Source: Candidatus Thorarchaeota archaeon (GTDB lineage Archaea; Asgardarchaeota; Thorarchaeia; Thorarchaeales; Thorarchaeaceae). Taken from it: a stretch of 64,000 bases of DNA. The translations under genes were made by a program, and so were the position numbers. Positions 30,093-39,638 of the stretch are shown here, one piece after another. Each line of letters opens with the position of its first letter. Position 1 is the first letter of the stretch. The notes beneath the pieces were generated by a model. The model worked only from the letters and a program-made list of their open reading frames with translations, ran no database searches and was not told the origin of the DNA. The stretch is from positions 160,001 to 224,000 of the forward strand of contig JAFGAR010000081.1 in NCBI GenBank assembly GCA_016933575.1, given 5' to 3'.

Positions 30093-30668
30093 TCAAAACA
30101 GGTAGGTTCGTTCACGCTCCTTTTCGAGTATCTCGATACCGAACTTGTTTTTTACAAACACCATGCTCTCTTCAGGAGTCAATCGATGTTTGTAAGGTAC
30201 TTTTGCTTTCCTTCTGCGTCTTCGTTTCACCCGGTATCCAGGTCGCTCAACGCAGACGGTGATATTCATTCCTTGAACTCCCAATTGGGGATCATATTTT
30301 ACATTCGGGAGATCTATGTGTTCAGATATACCAAAGGCAAAATTACCATCATCATCCCAGTTCTTAAGAAGAAGAACATCATCCTTAGCTTTCATGGCCT
30401 TCCGAAGGAATTCTTCTGCACGTTCGTTTCTGAGAGTCACTCTGACAGCTATTGGTTCTCTTTTTCTAATACCAAAGTCACGAATTGTCTGTCTTGCTCT
30501 AGATTGAATTGGAGTCTGACCAGTTAACATCTCGAGTATAGTAGAAGCCTTGTTGAGTTCTTCGCCTCCACCTGTGCAGATATCCACAACAACTTTGGAT
30601 ATGAAGGGCTCCCTCATCGGGAATGCCTTCCAATCATCAGTGTAGACGTGTTCATTTTCTATGCTCAT
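30093..30668 (-). CDS. rpl5: 50S ribosomal protein uL5
   Basis: FGIRKREPIAVRVTLR, GNFAFGISEHID, RPGYRV. Confidence 0.97.
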   Translation of the reverse strand: MSIENEHVYTDDWKAFPMREPFISKVVVDICTGGGEELNKASTILEMLTGQTPIQSRARQTIRDFGIRKREPIAVRVTLRNERAEEFLRKAMKAKDDVLLLKNWDDDGNFAFGISEHIDLPNVKYDPQLGVQGMNITVCVERPGYRVKRRRRRKAKVPYKHRLTPEESMVFVKNKFGIEILEKERERTYLF

Positions 30669-31420
30669 TATGAACTTCCTCCCTGTGCCTGAAGACTAAC
30701 TTCTGGGTTTGTTTTTCCAACAACGAAGACGTATTCTAAGGCTGTCTGGAATCTGTTACCTTCTGGATCTTCCAATGTGACAGTGCTTGCGTGTGTTCCT
30801 AGTCGCTTTGCAATTTCAATGATCTTTCCTTGAATCCCAATGTTTTTCCCGCGGGATACAATCGCATAAACTCCCTTTTCTAGAGAAATCGAATTCATGA
30901 GTTTTTGATCAGGAATTGCGACTTTCAATGTATCAAGAGTACTGTACTTCTCTGGCTTTTCATTCTCTGGTAGTCGCAATATTCGTCCATCATGAAGTCC
31001 TAGCTGTACAACTCCGCCCTTGACCATGGTCTTCTTCTCTACTCGGCAGAGCTTGAATCCAGCTTCAGTCTCGTCAATCTTAACAAGCTTTAGTCCACCA
31101 CGCTTCTTTGGAATGAGTCTGAAGCGTTCTCCAGAAGTTGTTATCTCAATAACATCCATCATTCCAACCGGAAACCGTGGGTCTTTTCGAATCTTACCAT
31201 CTACTTTTACTTGACCTGTGGAGAGGATTGCCCTAACCTCGCGCATACTCTCTGCATAATCCAATACCTCTCTGAGAATAAGTGCTAAGGTCATGCAATG
31301 TTCTCGTGGGTGTGGGCCTGGAATAACGCGTGTTGTGAATTTGCCTGCTTTCCTCTTGATTGGCCAATGCCTTGGAGCTGGCAGACGTTTCAGATGTTTC
31401 TTCTGACCTCTTCTTGTCAT
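30668..31420 (-). CDS. rps4e: 30S ribosomal protein eS4
   Basis: KHLKRLPAPRHW, PGPH, VKVDGKIRKD.RFPVGMMD. Confidence 0.97.
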   Translation of the reverse strand: MTRRGQKKHLKRLPAPRHWPIKRKAGKFTTRVIPGPHPREHCMTLALILREVLDYAESMREVRAILSTGQVKVDGKIRKDPRFPVGMMDVIEITTSGERFRLIPKKRGGLKLVKIDETEAGFKLCRVEKKTMVKGGVVQLGLHDGRILRLPENEKPEKYSTLDTLKVAIPDQKLMNSISLEKGVYAIVSRGKNIGIQGKIIEIAKRLGTHASTVTLEDPEGNRFQTALEYVFVVGKTNPEVSLQAQGGSS

Positions 31421-31810
31421 TTATTCCTCACTCTCCGCGACAGTCAATAATTTGCGCTCTATGATCTTCTTTCGTTCGTCGTCAAGTTCTAACTTGACAA
31501 TCATTAGATTGGAGGGATGTACAGGTACTGGTGCCTCCTTACCGTCAGCCTTCGTGACAACAGCACTATCGAGATAGACTCTGATATCTTTGTAATCAAC
31601 CCGAGTAACCTTTGCCTCAGTGTCTCGAAATTGGCCACGCATTATCTTCACAAGGTCACCCTTCTTGACAACAAGGGTCTTTATGCCATGCTCCTCTTGC
31701 AGGAATTCATCAAGTTTGCACTTGAGCATGTTTTTGTGAGTATGTAACGGGGAGTTCTGTACCTTGTTTCGCTGTTTCCTGGGGGACTTTGAACTAATCT
31801 TCTTCACCAA
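31421..31810 (-). CDS. rpl24: 50S ribosomal protein uL24
   Basis: SPRKQR, KGDLVKIMRG, PVHPSNL. Confidence 0.96.
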   Translation of the reverse strand: MVKKISSKSPRKQRNKVQNSPLHTHKNMLKCKLDEFLQEEHGIKTLVVKKGDLVKIMRGQFRDTEAKVTRVDYKDIRVYLDSAVVTKADGKEAPVPVHPSNLMIVKLELDDERKKIIERKLLTVAESEE

Positions 31811-31821
31811 CTATTTCACCC

Positions 31822-32244
31822 TCATACAATCTTTGATGCAATCGCAGCAACACGAGGCCACTTCAGAGTGACCTCTCTTGCCATTGGTCCTCTAAGCTCA
31901 GAACCTTGGGGTTCTCCACCTGGTTTTACTAAGACTGCTGCATTATCCTCAAACTGCATCCAAGTACCATCTGGTCTTCTGAATGGTTTTTTCTGCCTAA
32001 CAACGACTGCTTGTAGTACTTGTTTTCTCAGTTCTTGTTTTCCTTTGGTGACAGAGACATTCACCAAGTCTCCAATTCCAGCCTTTCCGATTTTTCTTAA
32101 TTTACCTTTATATCCAAAGACTGTGATGAGCTGGAGTTCTTTTGCACCTGAGTTATCTGCACACATTAGTGTGGCGCCAACAGGCAACCCACGAGCAATC
32201 CGGGGTATGAACCTTCTCATGCCTCTTCCGACTTTTCTTGACAT
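31822..32244 (-). CDS. rpl14: 50S ribosomal protein uL14
   Basis: CADNSGAK, RRPDG, FEDNAAV. Confidence 0.97.
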   Translation of the reverse strand: MSRKVGRGMRRFIPRIARGLPVGATLMCADNSGAKELQLITVFGYKGKLRKIGKAGIGDLVNVSVTKGKQELRKQVLQAVVVRQKKPFRRPDGTWMQFEDNAAVLVKPGGEPQGSELRGPMAREVTLKWPRVAAIASKIV

Positions 32245-32247
32245 TGA

Positions 32248-32613
32248 TTACTCCTCCTGGGTTTCCTCTGTTTTTACCACAGAAATCACAACATTGGAAA
32301 CATTCTTACTCAGCGGTCTACATTCAACAACCTTGACAATGTCTCCAACTTTGATATCTAGACATGGTGGGTGATGGGCAAGTTTCTTTGATCTTCGACG
32401 TTCGTACCTCGAGTATTTCTTGACCAGGCTAAGAAAGTCCTGCTGGAATGAAAGTGTATTATGCATCATTGTGCTGGTCACGGTTCCCTCCATCACTCTA
32501 CCCCTTACTGGAAGGTCGCCATGGAATGGACAATGCATGTCATCGCATGACTTCTCTGGAGGCTCCACATTTGGAATGCCAATATTTCGAACTTTTGTCT
32601 TCGTCTTAGCCAT
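32248..32613 (-). CDS. rps17: 30S ribosomal protein uS17
   Basis: CPFHG, KYSRYERRRS, ECRPLSK. Confidence 0.97.
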   Translation of the reverse strand: MAKTKTKVRNIGIPNVEPPEKSCDDMHCPFHGDLPVRGRVMEGTVTSTMMHNTLSFQQDFLSLVKKYSRYERRRSKKLAHHPPCLDIKVGDIVKVVECRPLSKNVSNVVISVVKTEETQEE

Positions 32614-32615
32614 TG

Positions 32616-32900
32616 TTACCAGCTCCTATTGAAACGTTTTTTCATTCTGTCTTCTGGTCTTCCTCTCAGTACATTGCCTTCAATACGGACCATTGTACCT
32701 CCCGGAAGGGTCACATCAAATACACAGATTTTCTTGGGAACCATGACTTCTCCCAAGTCTGTTCGTAAGTGAATCATCTCTTTTGATTCGCCAAGGATAG
32801 TACCCTGCTTACATACAAGATTTGGATCGCTTGACTCAACGATATGTGTTGACAAGCCAGTGAGTTCATGTCTTACTATATTCTCTGGAGTGATTTTCAT
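32616..32900 (-). CDS. rnp1: RNase P protein subunit Rpp29/POP4
   Basis: HELTGL, G.ILGES, VPK, G..LRGRPEDR; operon position. Confidence 0.92.
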   Translation of the reverse strand: MKITPENIVRHELTGLSTHIVESSDPNLVCKQGTILGESKEMIHLRTDLGEVMVPKKICVFDVTLPGGTMVRIEGNVLRGRPEDRMKKRFNRSW

Positions 32901-33109
32901 TTAGATCCCTCCAGTTCTTCTTCATGCTGAATGGTTAGAATACGAGCTATTGCTCGTCTCACATTTCGAATCCTGTATGGGTTTTCTGTACCTCCACCTG
33001 TCGCCGCCTCGATTCGGATACTGGATTTCTCATCATATAGCTCTTCCAGTTTCTTCTGGCGTTCAGTAGGTGTAAGTGCACGGATATCTTTTGGAGTGAG
33101 ATTCGCCAT
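32897..33109 (-). CDS. rpl29: 50S ribosomal protein uL29
   Basis: ENPYRIRNVRRAIARILTI. Confidence 0.95.
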   Translation of the reverse strand: MANLTPKDIRALTPTERQKKLEELYDEKSSIRIEAATGGGTENPYRIRNVRRAIARILTIQHEEELEGSK

Positions 33110-34023
33110 TATTCATCTACCTCCTCATCGAGTGAATCTAGCTCCTCAAGGTCCTCTATGATCTTCTCATCTACTTTCTTGCTAGATTCGACTTCTGGCT
33201 CCTTTTTAGTTTCAACAGGAGCTTCTGATTCCTCCTCCGGAGGTTCAATAGCATCATCAGGAGTAGTAACATCTTCCACGAGCTCTAGACCATCAAGTTC
33301 TTCCAATTCTCGTAGTTCATCGATGTCTGTAATTCCTTCAAGTGATTCCTCCATGACCTCTTCTTCCTCAGGTGTGACCTCCTCGTCTGGTTTTTTGACG
33401 AGTTCAATCTCCTCAGGCTTCTTTGGTTTCGGAGGTTTAATATTAACAACACCAGGCAATTTTGCATCTGGTCTCATAATTCTGACTTTGATTCCGATGA
33501 CTCCTGGTTTCAGGACTGCTCTGTCATCTGCTTCATCAACAAATATGTCCGCAGGTTCTCCAGTTTTGGCAATTGTTCCTTGCTTAAATTTCTGGTAACG
33601 TGCTCGTCTGCTGGAGAGTTTTCCCTTCACAATGATTTCGCACCCAATAGCTCCAGCTCGCATGACTCTTCTTAGAATCCAATATGCCATTCTTCTGAAT
33701 CTAACGCCTCTCTCTAGTTGTCTTGCAAGTCTTGAGGCCATTACTGATGCATCCAACCATGGATTCTCAATCTCACTGACCTCTACCTGTACATTCTCTA
33801 TACCAAACTCATTCTCTAGAATATAGGTCAGTTCTCGAATCTTAGATCCACGTCGACCAATTACAACTCCTGGCCTTGAGGCCTGAATGACCACTTCAGT
33901 TTTCATTGGCATCTTTCTTATCTCAACGCCTCCATATCCGGCAGCGTTGAGTTCTGTTGCCAGGAACTCGTCAATAGCAAGCTTTCGTGAGTTCTGATCT
34001 ATGAAATACTTTACAGCCGACAT
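33109..34023 (-). CDS. rps3: 30S ribosomal protein uS3 with long acidic C-terminal tail
   Basis: AGYGG, RPGVVIGRRG KH domain, GCEIIVKGKL, GVIGIKVRIM. Confidence 0.97.
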   Translation of the reverse strand: MSAVKYFIDQNSRKLAIDEFLATELNAAGYGGVEIRKMPMKTEVVIQASRPGVVIGRRGSKIRELTYILENEFGIENVQVEVSEIENPWLDASVMASRLARQLERGVRFRRMAYWILRRVMRAGAIGCEIIVKGKLSSRRARYQKFKQGTIAKTGEPADIFVDEADDRAVLKPGVIGIKVRIMRPDAKLPGVVNIKPPKPKKPEEIELVKKPDEEVTPEEEEVMEESLEGITDIDELRELEELDGLELVEDVTTPDDAIEPPEEESEAPVETKKEPEVESSKKVDEKIIEDLEELDSLDEEVDE

Positions 34024-34487
34024 TATGCCACCTCTTCCAATACAATTTCCACATGTGAAGTCTGTTCAAAGTAGGGTGAACTTCGTCCAAAAGCCCTCTC
34101 GATGTATTTCTTGTAGACTCTGCCTCGATGAGTCACTGAATGAACAATTCGAAGGCGGTCAATGTCCAATCCTTTATTGTCAGCATTGGCCTCCGCGTTT
34201 TTCAAGACCTTCAAAATAATACTTGAGGCTTTCACCGGATGACCACCAGCTACCCATTTCTTCATACCTGGGTGGTGACCACGTTTCTTATAGTGGCGCT
34301 TGTAGGGAATCCATGCCTTTTCTTCGATAACAGCTTCAAGTAACTCTATTGCCTTATCGAGCATCATTCCCCGGATTTCGGTACAGACTTCTCTACACTG
34401 CTTTGGAGAAACCCGCATGTTTCTGCCGCTAGCAATGGCTGTTCTATCTGGGTCAATGCCTATGATTGAATATCCATATGATGGCAT
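34023..34487 (-). CDS. rpl22: 50S ribosomal protein uL22
   Basis: VSPK, NAEANADNKGLD, RAFGRSSP, HVEIVL. Confidence 0.97.
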   Translation of the reverse strand: MPSYGYSIIGIDPDRTAIASGRNMRVSPKQCREVCTEIRGMMLDKAIELLEAVIEEKAWIPYKRHYKKRGHHPGMKKWVAGGHPVKASSIILKVLKNAEANADNKGLDIDRLRIVHSVTHRGRVYKKYIERAFGRSSPYFEQTSHVEIVLEEVA

Positions 34488-34698
34488 ATTGCCTCACTTC
34501 CACTGTGGGACTTTTCTAAGCTCACATAATTTTGCAAGCCTGCAAGTCAATGTTGCATAATACATCCACTCCAGACCCTACTGGCACACGTCTACAGGCT
34601 GTTCTCGCGAGCAGAACTAAGATGCCTGTACTGCTTCCTTTGAGTCTGAAACAGCTGCTTATCTAATAGCAACAGTCCGCTCTCGGAAATATTTCGCA

Positions 34699-34704
34699 TT
34701 TAAA
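34699..34704 (-). promoter_or_regulatory. Putative TATA box for the uL22-led operon
   Basis: TTTAAA about 210 nt upstream of the uL22 start. Confidence 0.4.
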
Positions 34705-34730
34705 CATTGTCACATGTCCGAGAACGAGAC

Positions 34731-35156
34731 TCACGGATTATCTCCAAACTCTGCGGTGACACGTTTGAGAATAGGAGTTCTTATTGATCTCTTGACTAGC
34801 TCTACTCCCGAATCCGTCAGAGTTCCTTTGATATAATGCACACCTGCAGACTGAATATACACAAATCCCTTTTTCTTCAGATTCTGTAGGCTTCCAAGGA
34901 CGATCTGAGTCAGTTCCTCCTCAGTAACTTCTAGGCCGCCTCCAGGTATCTGTAAGGTCTCACTCATTCTCAGAATATTTCGCATTGAACTAAGTTGTCT
35001 ACGATGGCTATCATATGGATTGGAATACATCCACAATAAAACAATCAAATCTACAACATCTAACCCAATGTCTGGATTCATCTCCAAGGCTTTCTTTGCA
35101 ACAAGTTCGACAATGGGCATTATTACCACGACATTACTGATTTGAAACCTATTCAA
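34731..35156 (-). CDS. Hypothetical winged-helix-like protein
   Basis: SLQNLKKKGFV...LTDSG wHTH signature; start probably at MPIVE. Confidence 0.65.
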   Translation of the reverse strand: MNRFQISNVVVIMPIVELVAKKALEMNPDIGLDVVDLIVLLWMYSNPYDSHRRQLSSMRNILRMSETLQIPGGGLEVTEEELTQIVLGSLQNLKKKGFVYIQSAGVHYIKGTLTDSGVELVKRSIRTPILKRVTAEFGDNP

Positions 35157-35169
35157 TGAATCGAAGTGC

Positions 35170-35883
35170 TCATACCAATTTCACTAATCTGACACTTGGT
35201 TGAAATATATCGCCACCGTGTATAAGTCGCTCGAGAGAACTATCAACCGAGGCCTCTGATATGCCTAGTTTGCCAAAATGGTGAACAATCTCGTTGATTT
35301 CAAGTACGCCTCCTCTATTTTTCAACAATGCTATAATTTCTGACGAGATATCTCTCTTCGCTGATTCGCTCGATGACTCGTCCTCTTCAATATCAACAAG
35401 TTGCACAGCCCATGGTCTTGGAAAGATGAGCACACCACTATTTGATAGCCCTTCAAGTGTTTTCTCCACCCACTCCCACTTCAGACCATCACTTTCGCAG
35501 AGTTCCTCTAATTTGTCTAGTGAGCAGAGCTTCCCCTGTGCTTCTCTTCCAAGGATGGTCATCAACCTCTTCCTTTTACCCAGCATGGGTGTGTCTTCCT
35601 CTTCACTCTCAATGTCCTCTACCTTGACGGTCTCTTTTGGCATCAATGCACGTACTCTCTCATGGGACCGTTCTACTGCCTCCTTGAACTCATCTCCTCC
35701 CCTTGCAGCATTGAACTCCTTAACAGCGGCTGCCGCTTGTTCCGGGCTATCAAATAATGCACGATTGGCTTTGGTGATATCAATGATAGTGCCGCAATAA
35801 CTACATCTCCTATGTCTTTGACCTACTGGAGCATTTGTGAAGTTCCTACACTTTGGGCACATGAACACGAAGAACTGTTTCAA
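35170..35883 (-). CDS. Zinc-ribbon (DUF1922-like) protein with two C-terminal winged-helix-like domains
   Basis: CPKC..CSYCG N-terminus; LEGLSNSGVLIFP and LERLIHGGDIFQP wHTH ends. Confidence 0.7.
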   Translation of the reverse strand: MKQFFVFMCPKCRNFTNAPVGQRHRRCSYCGTIIDITKANRALFDSPEQAAAAVKEFNAARGGDEFKEAVERSHERVRALMPKETVKVEDIESEEEDTPMLGKRKRLMTILGREAQGKLCSLDKLEELCESDGLKWEWVEKTLEGLSNSGVLIFPRPWAVQLVDIEEDESSSESAKRDISSEIIALLKNRGGVLEINEIVHHFGKLGISEASVDSSLERLIHGGDIFQPSVRLVKLV

Positions 35884-35998
35884 AAAATAACACCTACTTC
35901 AATACACTATCTAACGTTGTGGTATTAAAGGTCCCTCTCTCTGGTCAAATGAATATTGTTATATCTCGCACACTCGCGAAACCTCATGGGATTCAGAA

Positions 35999-36223
35999 AT
36001 GACCAAGACCGCCAAGCAAATTCACATCGATGCCAGACTCTGCAAAGGTTGTCACATATGCATCACTGTGTGTCCACATGGTGTCCTTAGGAAGGCTGAG
36101 GTGGTTGATAATCGTGGCTTCTTTCTTCCTGAAGTAGCTGATATCGAAGCCTGTCGTGTTTGCCGACTCTGTGAATTGGAATGTCCCGATTTTGCGATTT
36201 GCGTCGAAGAAATAACAGACTAA
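35999..36223 (+). CDS. 2[4Fe-4S] ferredoxin (2-oxoacid oxidoreductase delta-like)
   Basis: CKGCHICITVCP and CRVCRLCELECPDFAI. Confidence 0.93.
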   Translation: MTKTAKQIHIDARLCKGCHICITVCPHGVLRKAEVVDNRGFFLPEVADIEACRVCRLCELECPDFAICVEEITD

Positions 36224-36315
36224 TCCTTTTGAAACACTCGGTTTCTACGAGCACTAATAATACATGGAATGATATATGTTTAGACACTGACTTGAAGAGT
36301 CTGCAGTCCAAGTAG

Positions 36316-36894
36316 GTGTATGAATTGGAGAATACAGATATCCAGCTCTTGCTGAATATTCGAACAAAACTCAATGAAGAGATTGATCGATTGAAGGATA
36401 TGATTGCTCGTTTAGAGGAGCATATAGAGACACTAGATGAACAGATTGCAAAAGGTAGTTTTGCCACTGCAGATGTTGCAATGACGAAAGGGATTGTGAG
36501 AGAACCTACAACTCCAAGTGAACCTCTCTTTGGGAGCGAGGAGTCTCAGAGTATTGTAATCACCAATAAGGCAGGCAATCTCGAATTGGGAACTATCGAG
36601 ATTATTGAACAGACAATCAGAGTGATTCCAGCTGAACACGCCATTTATGACATCACTCGTGGAGCCTTTGCCAGATTCTTCATGGAGCGAATTCTAGGCA
36701 AATTCCAACAAGATGACCGTCATCGAGTTGAGAATGGAGAAATCGAATGGGATGATGCCTTTGACTTCGAGGTACACGCTGAGGACAATATACTCGAAGA
36801 GATGGTCATCAGAAACTTCGGTGATGATGCTCGACTGAAGGAAATTCAAAATACCCTTCAATGGGCTCTAGAAAAGACATATAGTGCAAGATGA
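36316..36894 (+). CDS. Conserved archaeal hypothetical protein with N-terminal coiled coil
   Basis: Heptad N-terminus; C-terminal LKEIQNTLQWALEK resembles a TACK/Asgard conserved family (from recall). Confidence 0.7.
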   Translation: MYELENTDIQLLLNIRTKLNEEIDRLKDMIARLEEHIETLDEQIAKGSFATADVAMTKGIVREPTTPSEPLFGSEESQSIVITNKAGNLELGTIEIIEQTIRVIPAEHAIYDITRGAFARFFMERILGKFQQDDRHRVENGEIEWDDAFDFEVHAEDNILEEMVIRNFGDDARLKEIQNTLQWALEKTYSAR

Positions 36895-37005
36895 TTCCAT
36901 GATGGCGCCCTTGAGAACTCACCCTAACTTCCTTTGCAAAAGAATATAACTTACATCTCTCTATTTTTGGAAGTAGAAAGTAGAGAGTTCCTTGGAGTGG
37001 CATAG

Positions 37006-37620
37006 ATGGCTTCCCACAATATTGACAACGATCTTGCAGTTAATCCTCAAGTCATTGTGGAAACCGTTCGTAATGCACATGAGTTCTTTTCTGAACACAG
37101 AATCGATGAACGTTATGAGAAAATGGCCCTAGACCTCGTGCGGAGATATGTTTCACAGGAAGGAAACCCTCGTGAGGAGGATCCCTTCTTTGCTGCCTCC
37201 CTCTATATGGTTACTAGACACCCTTGGAGTCATCCCAATCCCCTTACAAAGACTGAGTTTGCTAACAAGCTGAATATGAAGGAGTCTAGCTTGGAATGGT
37301 ACACAGATACAATAGGCATGAAACTTGGATTTTCAATCTTTCATGATTCCTCTCAACTACCCTTCTTTTTAGACCCGCAAGGAACCATTGCTAGTGTCGT
37401 TGATTCCATTGTAATATCAAATGTTGGCGAAGAGGTAGTCAGTAGTATTGTAAGTCGAAATGTTCTCTCACCTGACCAACTTGCAGAAAAAATCGTAGAT
37501 CAACTATGCAGTGTTGTCAAGATTATCCCTGCCGTATTTGAACAGGAACTCTATAGTTTGGTTCGTAAGAAAATCGAGGTGGAGAGTAAACGGCTCTCCG
37601 ACCAATTGATGCGGCGTTAA
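37006..37620 (+). CDS. Hypothetical protein with TFIIB/cyclin-like repeat
   Basis: DPFFAASLYMVTR...LTKTEFANKLNMKESSL aligns by eye to the TFB repeat DPLGLAAAAIYVAS...RTQREIAEVARVTEVTV. Confidence 0.6.
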   Translation: MASHNIDNDLAVNPQVIVETVRNAHEFFSEHRIDERYEKMALDLVRRYVSQEGNPREEDPFFAASLYMVTRHPWSHPNPLTKTEFANKLNMKESSLEWYTDTIGMKLGFSIFHDSSQLPFFLDPQGTIASVVDSIVISNVGEEVVSSIVSRNVLSPDQLAEKIVDQLCSVVKIIPAVFEQELYSLVRKKIEVESKRLSDQLMRR

Positions 37621-37625
37621 GTTGT

Positions 37626-37931
37626 CTATGAATTCTCTGGTTGCAGTGTCACTTCTTCAACAAGTCTCTTTCCTGCAACAACTTGATCAATCGAGTGGAT
37701 CACAGCTCCTGCCTGCTCAAGAATATCCTTGATGCTATCATAGCTAAGATCGTCTCCTTCAAGAGTGATTGTGATACTCTCAGTATTCTGGTCCACTTCT
37801 TTCAGGGTGATGTTGAGTCCACTTACCCGATCATCTCGGGTCATCATTAAAGCAAGGTCCGTCAAACGTGGACTGTGCGGTTTCAAAACGTCTAGTACTA
37901 TTCTTCGTATGCCTTGAGGCAATAATCGCAT
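37626..37931 (-). CDS. DUF211 family protein
   Basis: IRRIVLDVLKPH.P and GAVIHSIDQVVAG. Confidence 0.9.
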   Translation of the reverse strand: MRLLPQGIRRIVLDVLKPHSPRLTDLALMMTRDDRVSGLNITLKEVDQNTESITITLEGDDLSYDSIKDILEQAGAVIHSIDQVVAGKRLVEEVTLQPENS

Positions 37932-38158
37932 TCCCCATAATTGACCATTTGGCCTTATTTTCTACAGATGTTGCCACTGGAATTTGCTTGTTAAACCTTA
38001 CGACAACGGAACAAATACGTTTTTCCATTATTTTTATCGTCGCCCTGTATTCTGGCGCCAATAAGTGTGACAAGAGTGGGAAGCTCCCCAAGGCTTATAT
38101 CAACATCCAGATGAATTCTATGTTGTACCCTTCTTAGGGGTACGCCGGGAAAATATAG

Positions 38159-38491
38159 GTGGACGCTTGCTTGACATTGAAACAGGAGAGACTTACTAGA
38201 CAAACCAAGGACATTCCTTCAACGAAGGACTTGCCTAATATCCGATCCATCAAATACGAGTCAGGCTTGACCATCGATATTGATGTTGCAGATTTCAAAG
38301 GTCATCCTTTATGGAACATTCTCATAGAAACAGCTCGTAATAATCCTCTCTTTCCTGGAAGATCTGGTTATGCTCATAACCATATCATCCCGGAGAATCC
38401 TAAGATAACCCCGAAAGAGCTAGCCAGCAAACTGTCAATCACTGTGGGTGAGGCATTGGCAATTCTAGAGGGTTATGAAAAAACTGGTTAA
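38159..38491 (+). CDS. Hypothetical protein with C-terminal HTH
   Basis: ITPKELASKLSITVGEALAIL; start uncertain. Confidence 0.55.
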   Translation: MDACLTLKQERLTRQTKDIPSTKDLPNIRSIKYESGLTIDIDVADFKGHPLWNILIETARNNPLFPGRSGYAHNHIIPENPKITPKELASKLSITVGEALAILEGYEKTG

Positions 38492-38550
38492 ACTTGCCAC
38501 AAGTCTTCATTTTTAAGCTATATCTCTCTAGGGTATAATGGATTGATATC

Positions 38551-39630
38551 ATGAGTGAATCGACCGGATTCAGAGATGCTAGATATGCTCACGCGCTCAA
38601 GAGAGAGATAGAGACTCTCAGCAATGAAAAGAAGATACGGATTGTTCATGTATGTGGCACACATGAAGACACCATTAGTCAACATGGAATTCGTTCATTA
38701 CTTCCAGAGAGCATGAGTCTAGTTGCTGGGCCTGGATGTCCTGTCTGTGTCTGTGCAGCTGAAGATGTAGATATGGCAATCGAGCTAGCTCGTCAAGGTC
38801 ATATTGTAACATCTTTCGGTGACATGATTCGTGTGCCAGCAACAGATACATCCTTGGCAAAGGAACGAACAAAGGGTGCTGATGTTCGTATTGTCTATGG
38901 GGCAAATGATGCAGTAGAGATAGCAAAGAAGAATCCCGACAAAGAAGTTGTCTTTGTAGGAGCTGGCTTTGAGACTACTGCTCCTACAATCGCTATTGAG
39001 CTATTACGAAAACCGCCTTCTAACTTCTCGATTCTCACATCACTGAAAGTCATTCCCCCCGCAATGGAGCTGCTTGTGAAGATTGAAGGATTTGCAGTCG
39101 ATGGATTCATCACTCCCGGTCATGTAGCGACCATAATAGGAACTGAAGCATTCAAGCCCTTTGCAGAGAAACATGGAGTGCCTTGTGTGACTGCTGGATT
39201 TGAGCCGTTAGATGTCCTTGAGGCAATTCGTATGATATTGATTCAGATTGCTGAAGGTCGAGCCACCTCTGAGAACGAATATACACGAGTTGTGCGCCTG
39301 GAGGGTAACCTTGCGGCACAGAAAGCACTAGAACAAGCCTTTAGGATTGGTGATGTACCATGGAGGGGTCTTGGGATCATTGAAAGCTCAGGGTACTTCA
39401 TTAGAGATGAGTTTTCTGAGCATGATGCTCGCAAGAGATTTGATTTTCCAGAAATAGAATCTATTGACATTCTTCCTGGATGTAGGTGTCACGAAGTAAT
39501 TCTGGGAATGGTCGATCCTGTTGAATGTCCACTTTTTGGAAAACGGTGCACACCCGAAGACCCCTATGGTCCCTGTATGGTAGGCCATGAAGGAACCTGT
39601 CGAATTCGTCACGAGTTTCAAGGAATCTGA
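38551..39630 (+). CDS. hypD: [NiFe]-hydrogenase maturation protein HypD
   Basis: VCGTH, GPGCPVC, GFETT, PGHV, C-terminal Fe-S Cys motif GPCMV..EGTC. Confidence 0.97.
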   Translation: MSESTGFRDARYAHALKREIETLSNEKKIRIVHVCGTHEDTISQHGIRSLLPESMSLVAGPGCPVCVCAAEDVDMAIELARQGHIVTSFGDMIRVPATDTSLAKERTKGADVRIVYGANDAVEIAKKNPDKEVVFVGAGFETTAPTIAIELLRKPPSNFSILTSLKVIPPAMELLVKIEGFAVDGFITPGHVATIIGTEAFKPFAEKHGVPCVTAGFEPLDVLEAIRMILIQIAEGRATSENEYTRVVRLEGNLAAQKALEQAFRIGDVPWRGLGIIESSGYFIRDEFSEHDARKRFDFPEIESIDILPGCRCHEVILGMVDPVECPLFGKRCTPEDPYGPCMVGHEGTCRIRHEFQGI

Positions 39631-39638
39631 AAAAGGTA

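Noticed and set aside
29994-30527. Plus-strand ORFs across the ribosomal operon (also 26732-27206, 28275-28968, 31868-32374, 33158-33598)
   Set aside because: Antisense shadows of well-supported ribosomal protein genes
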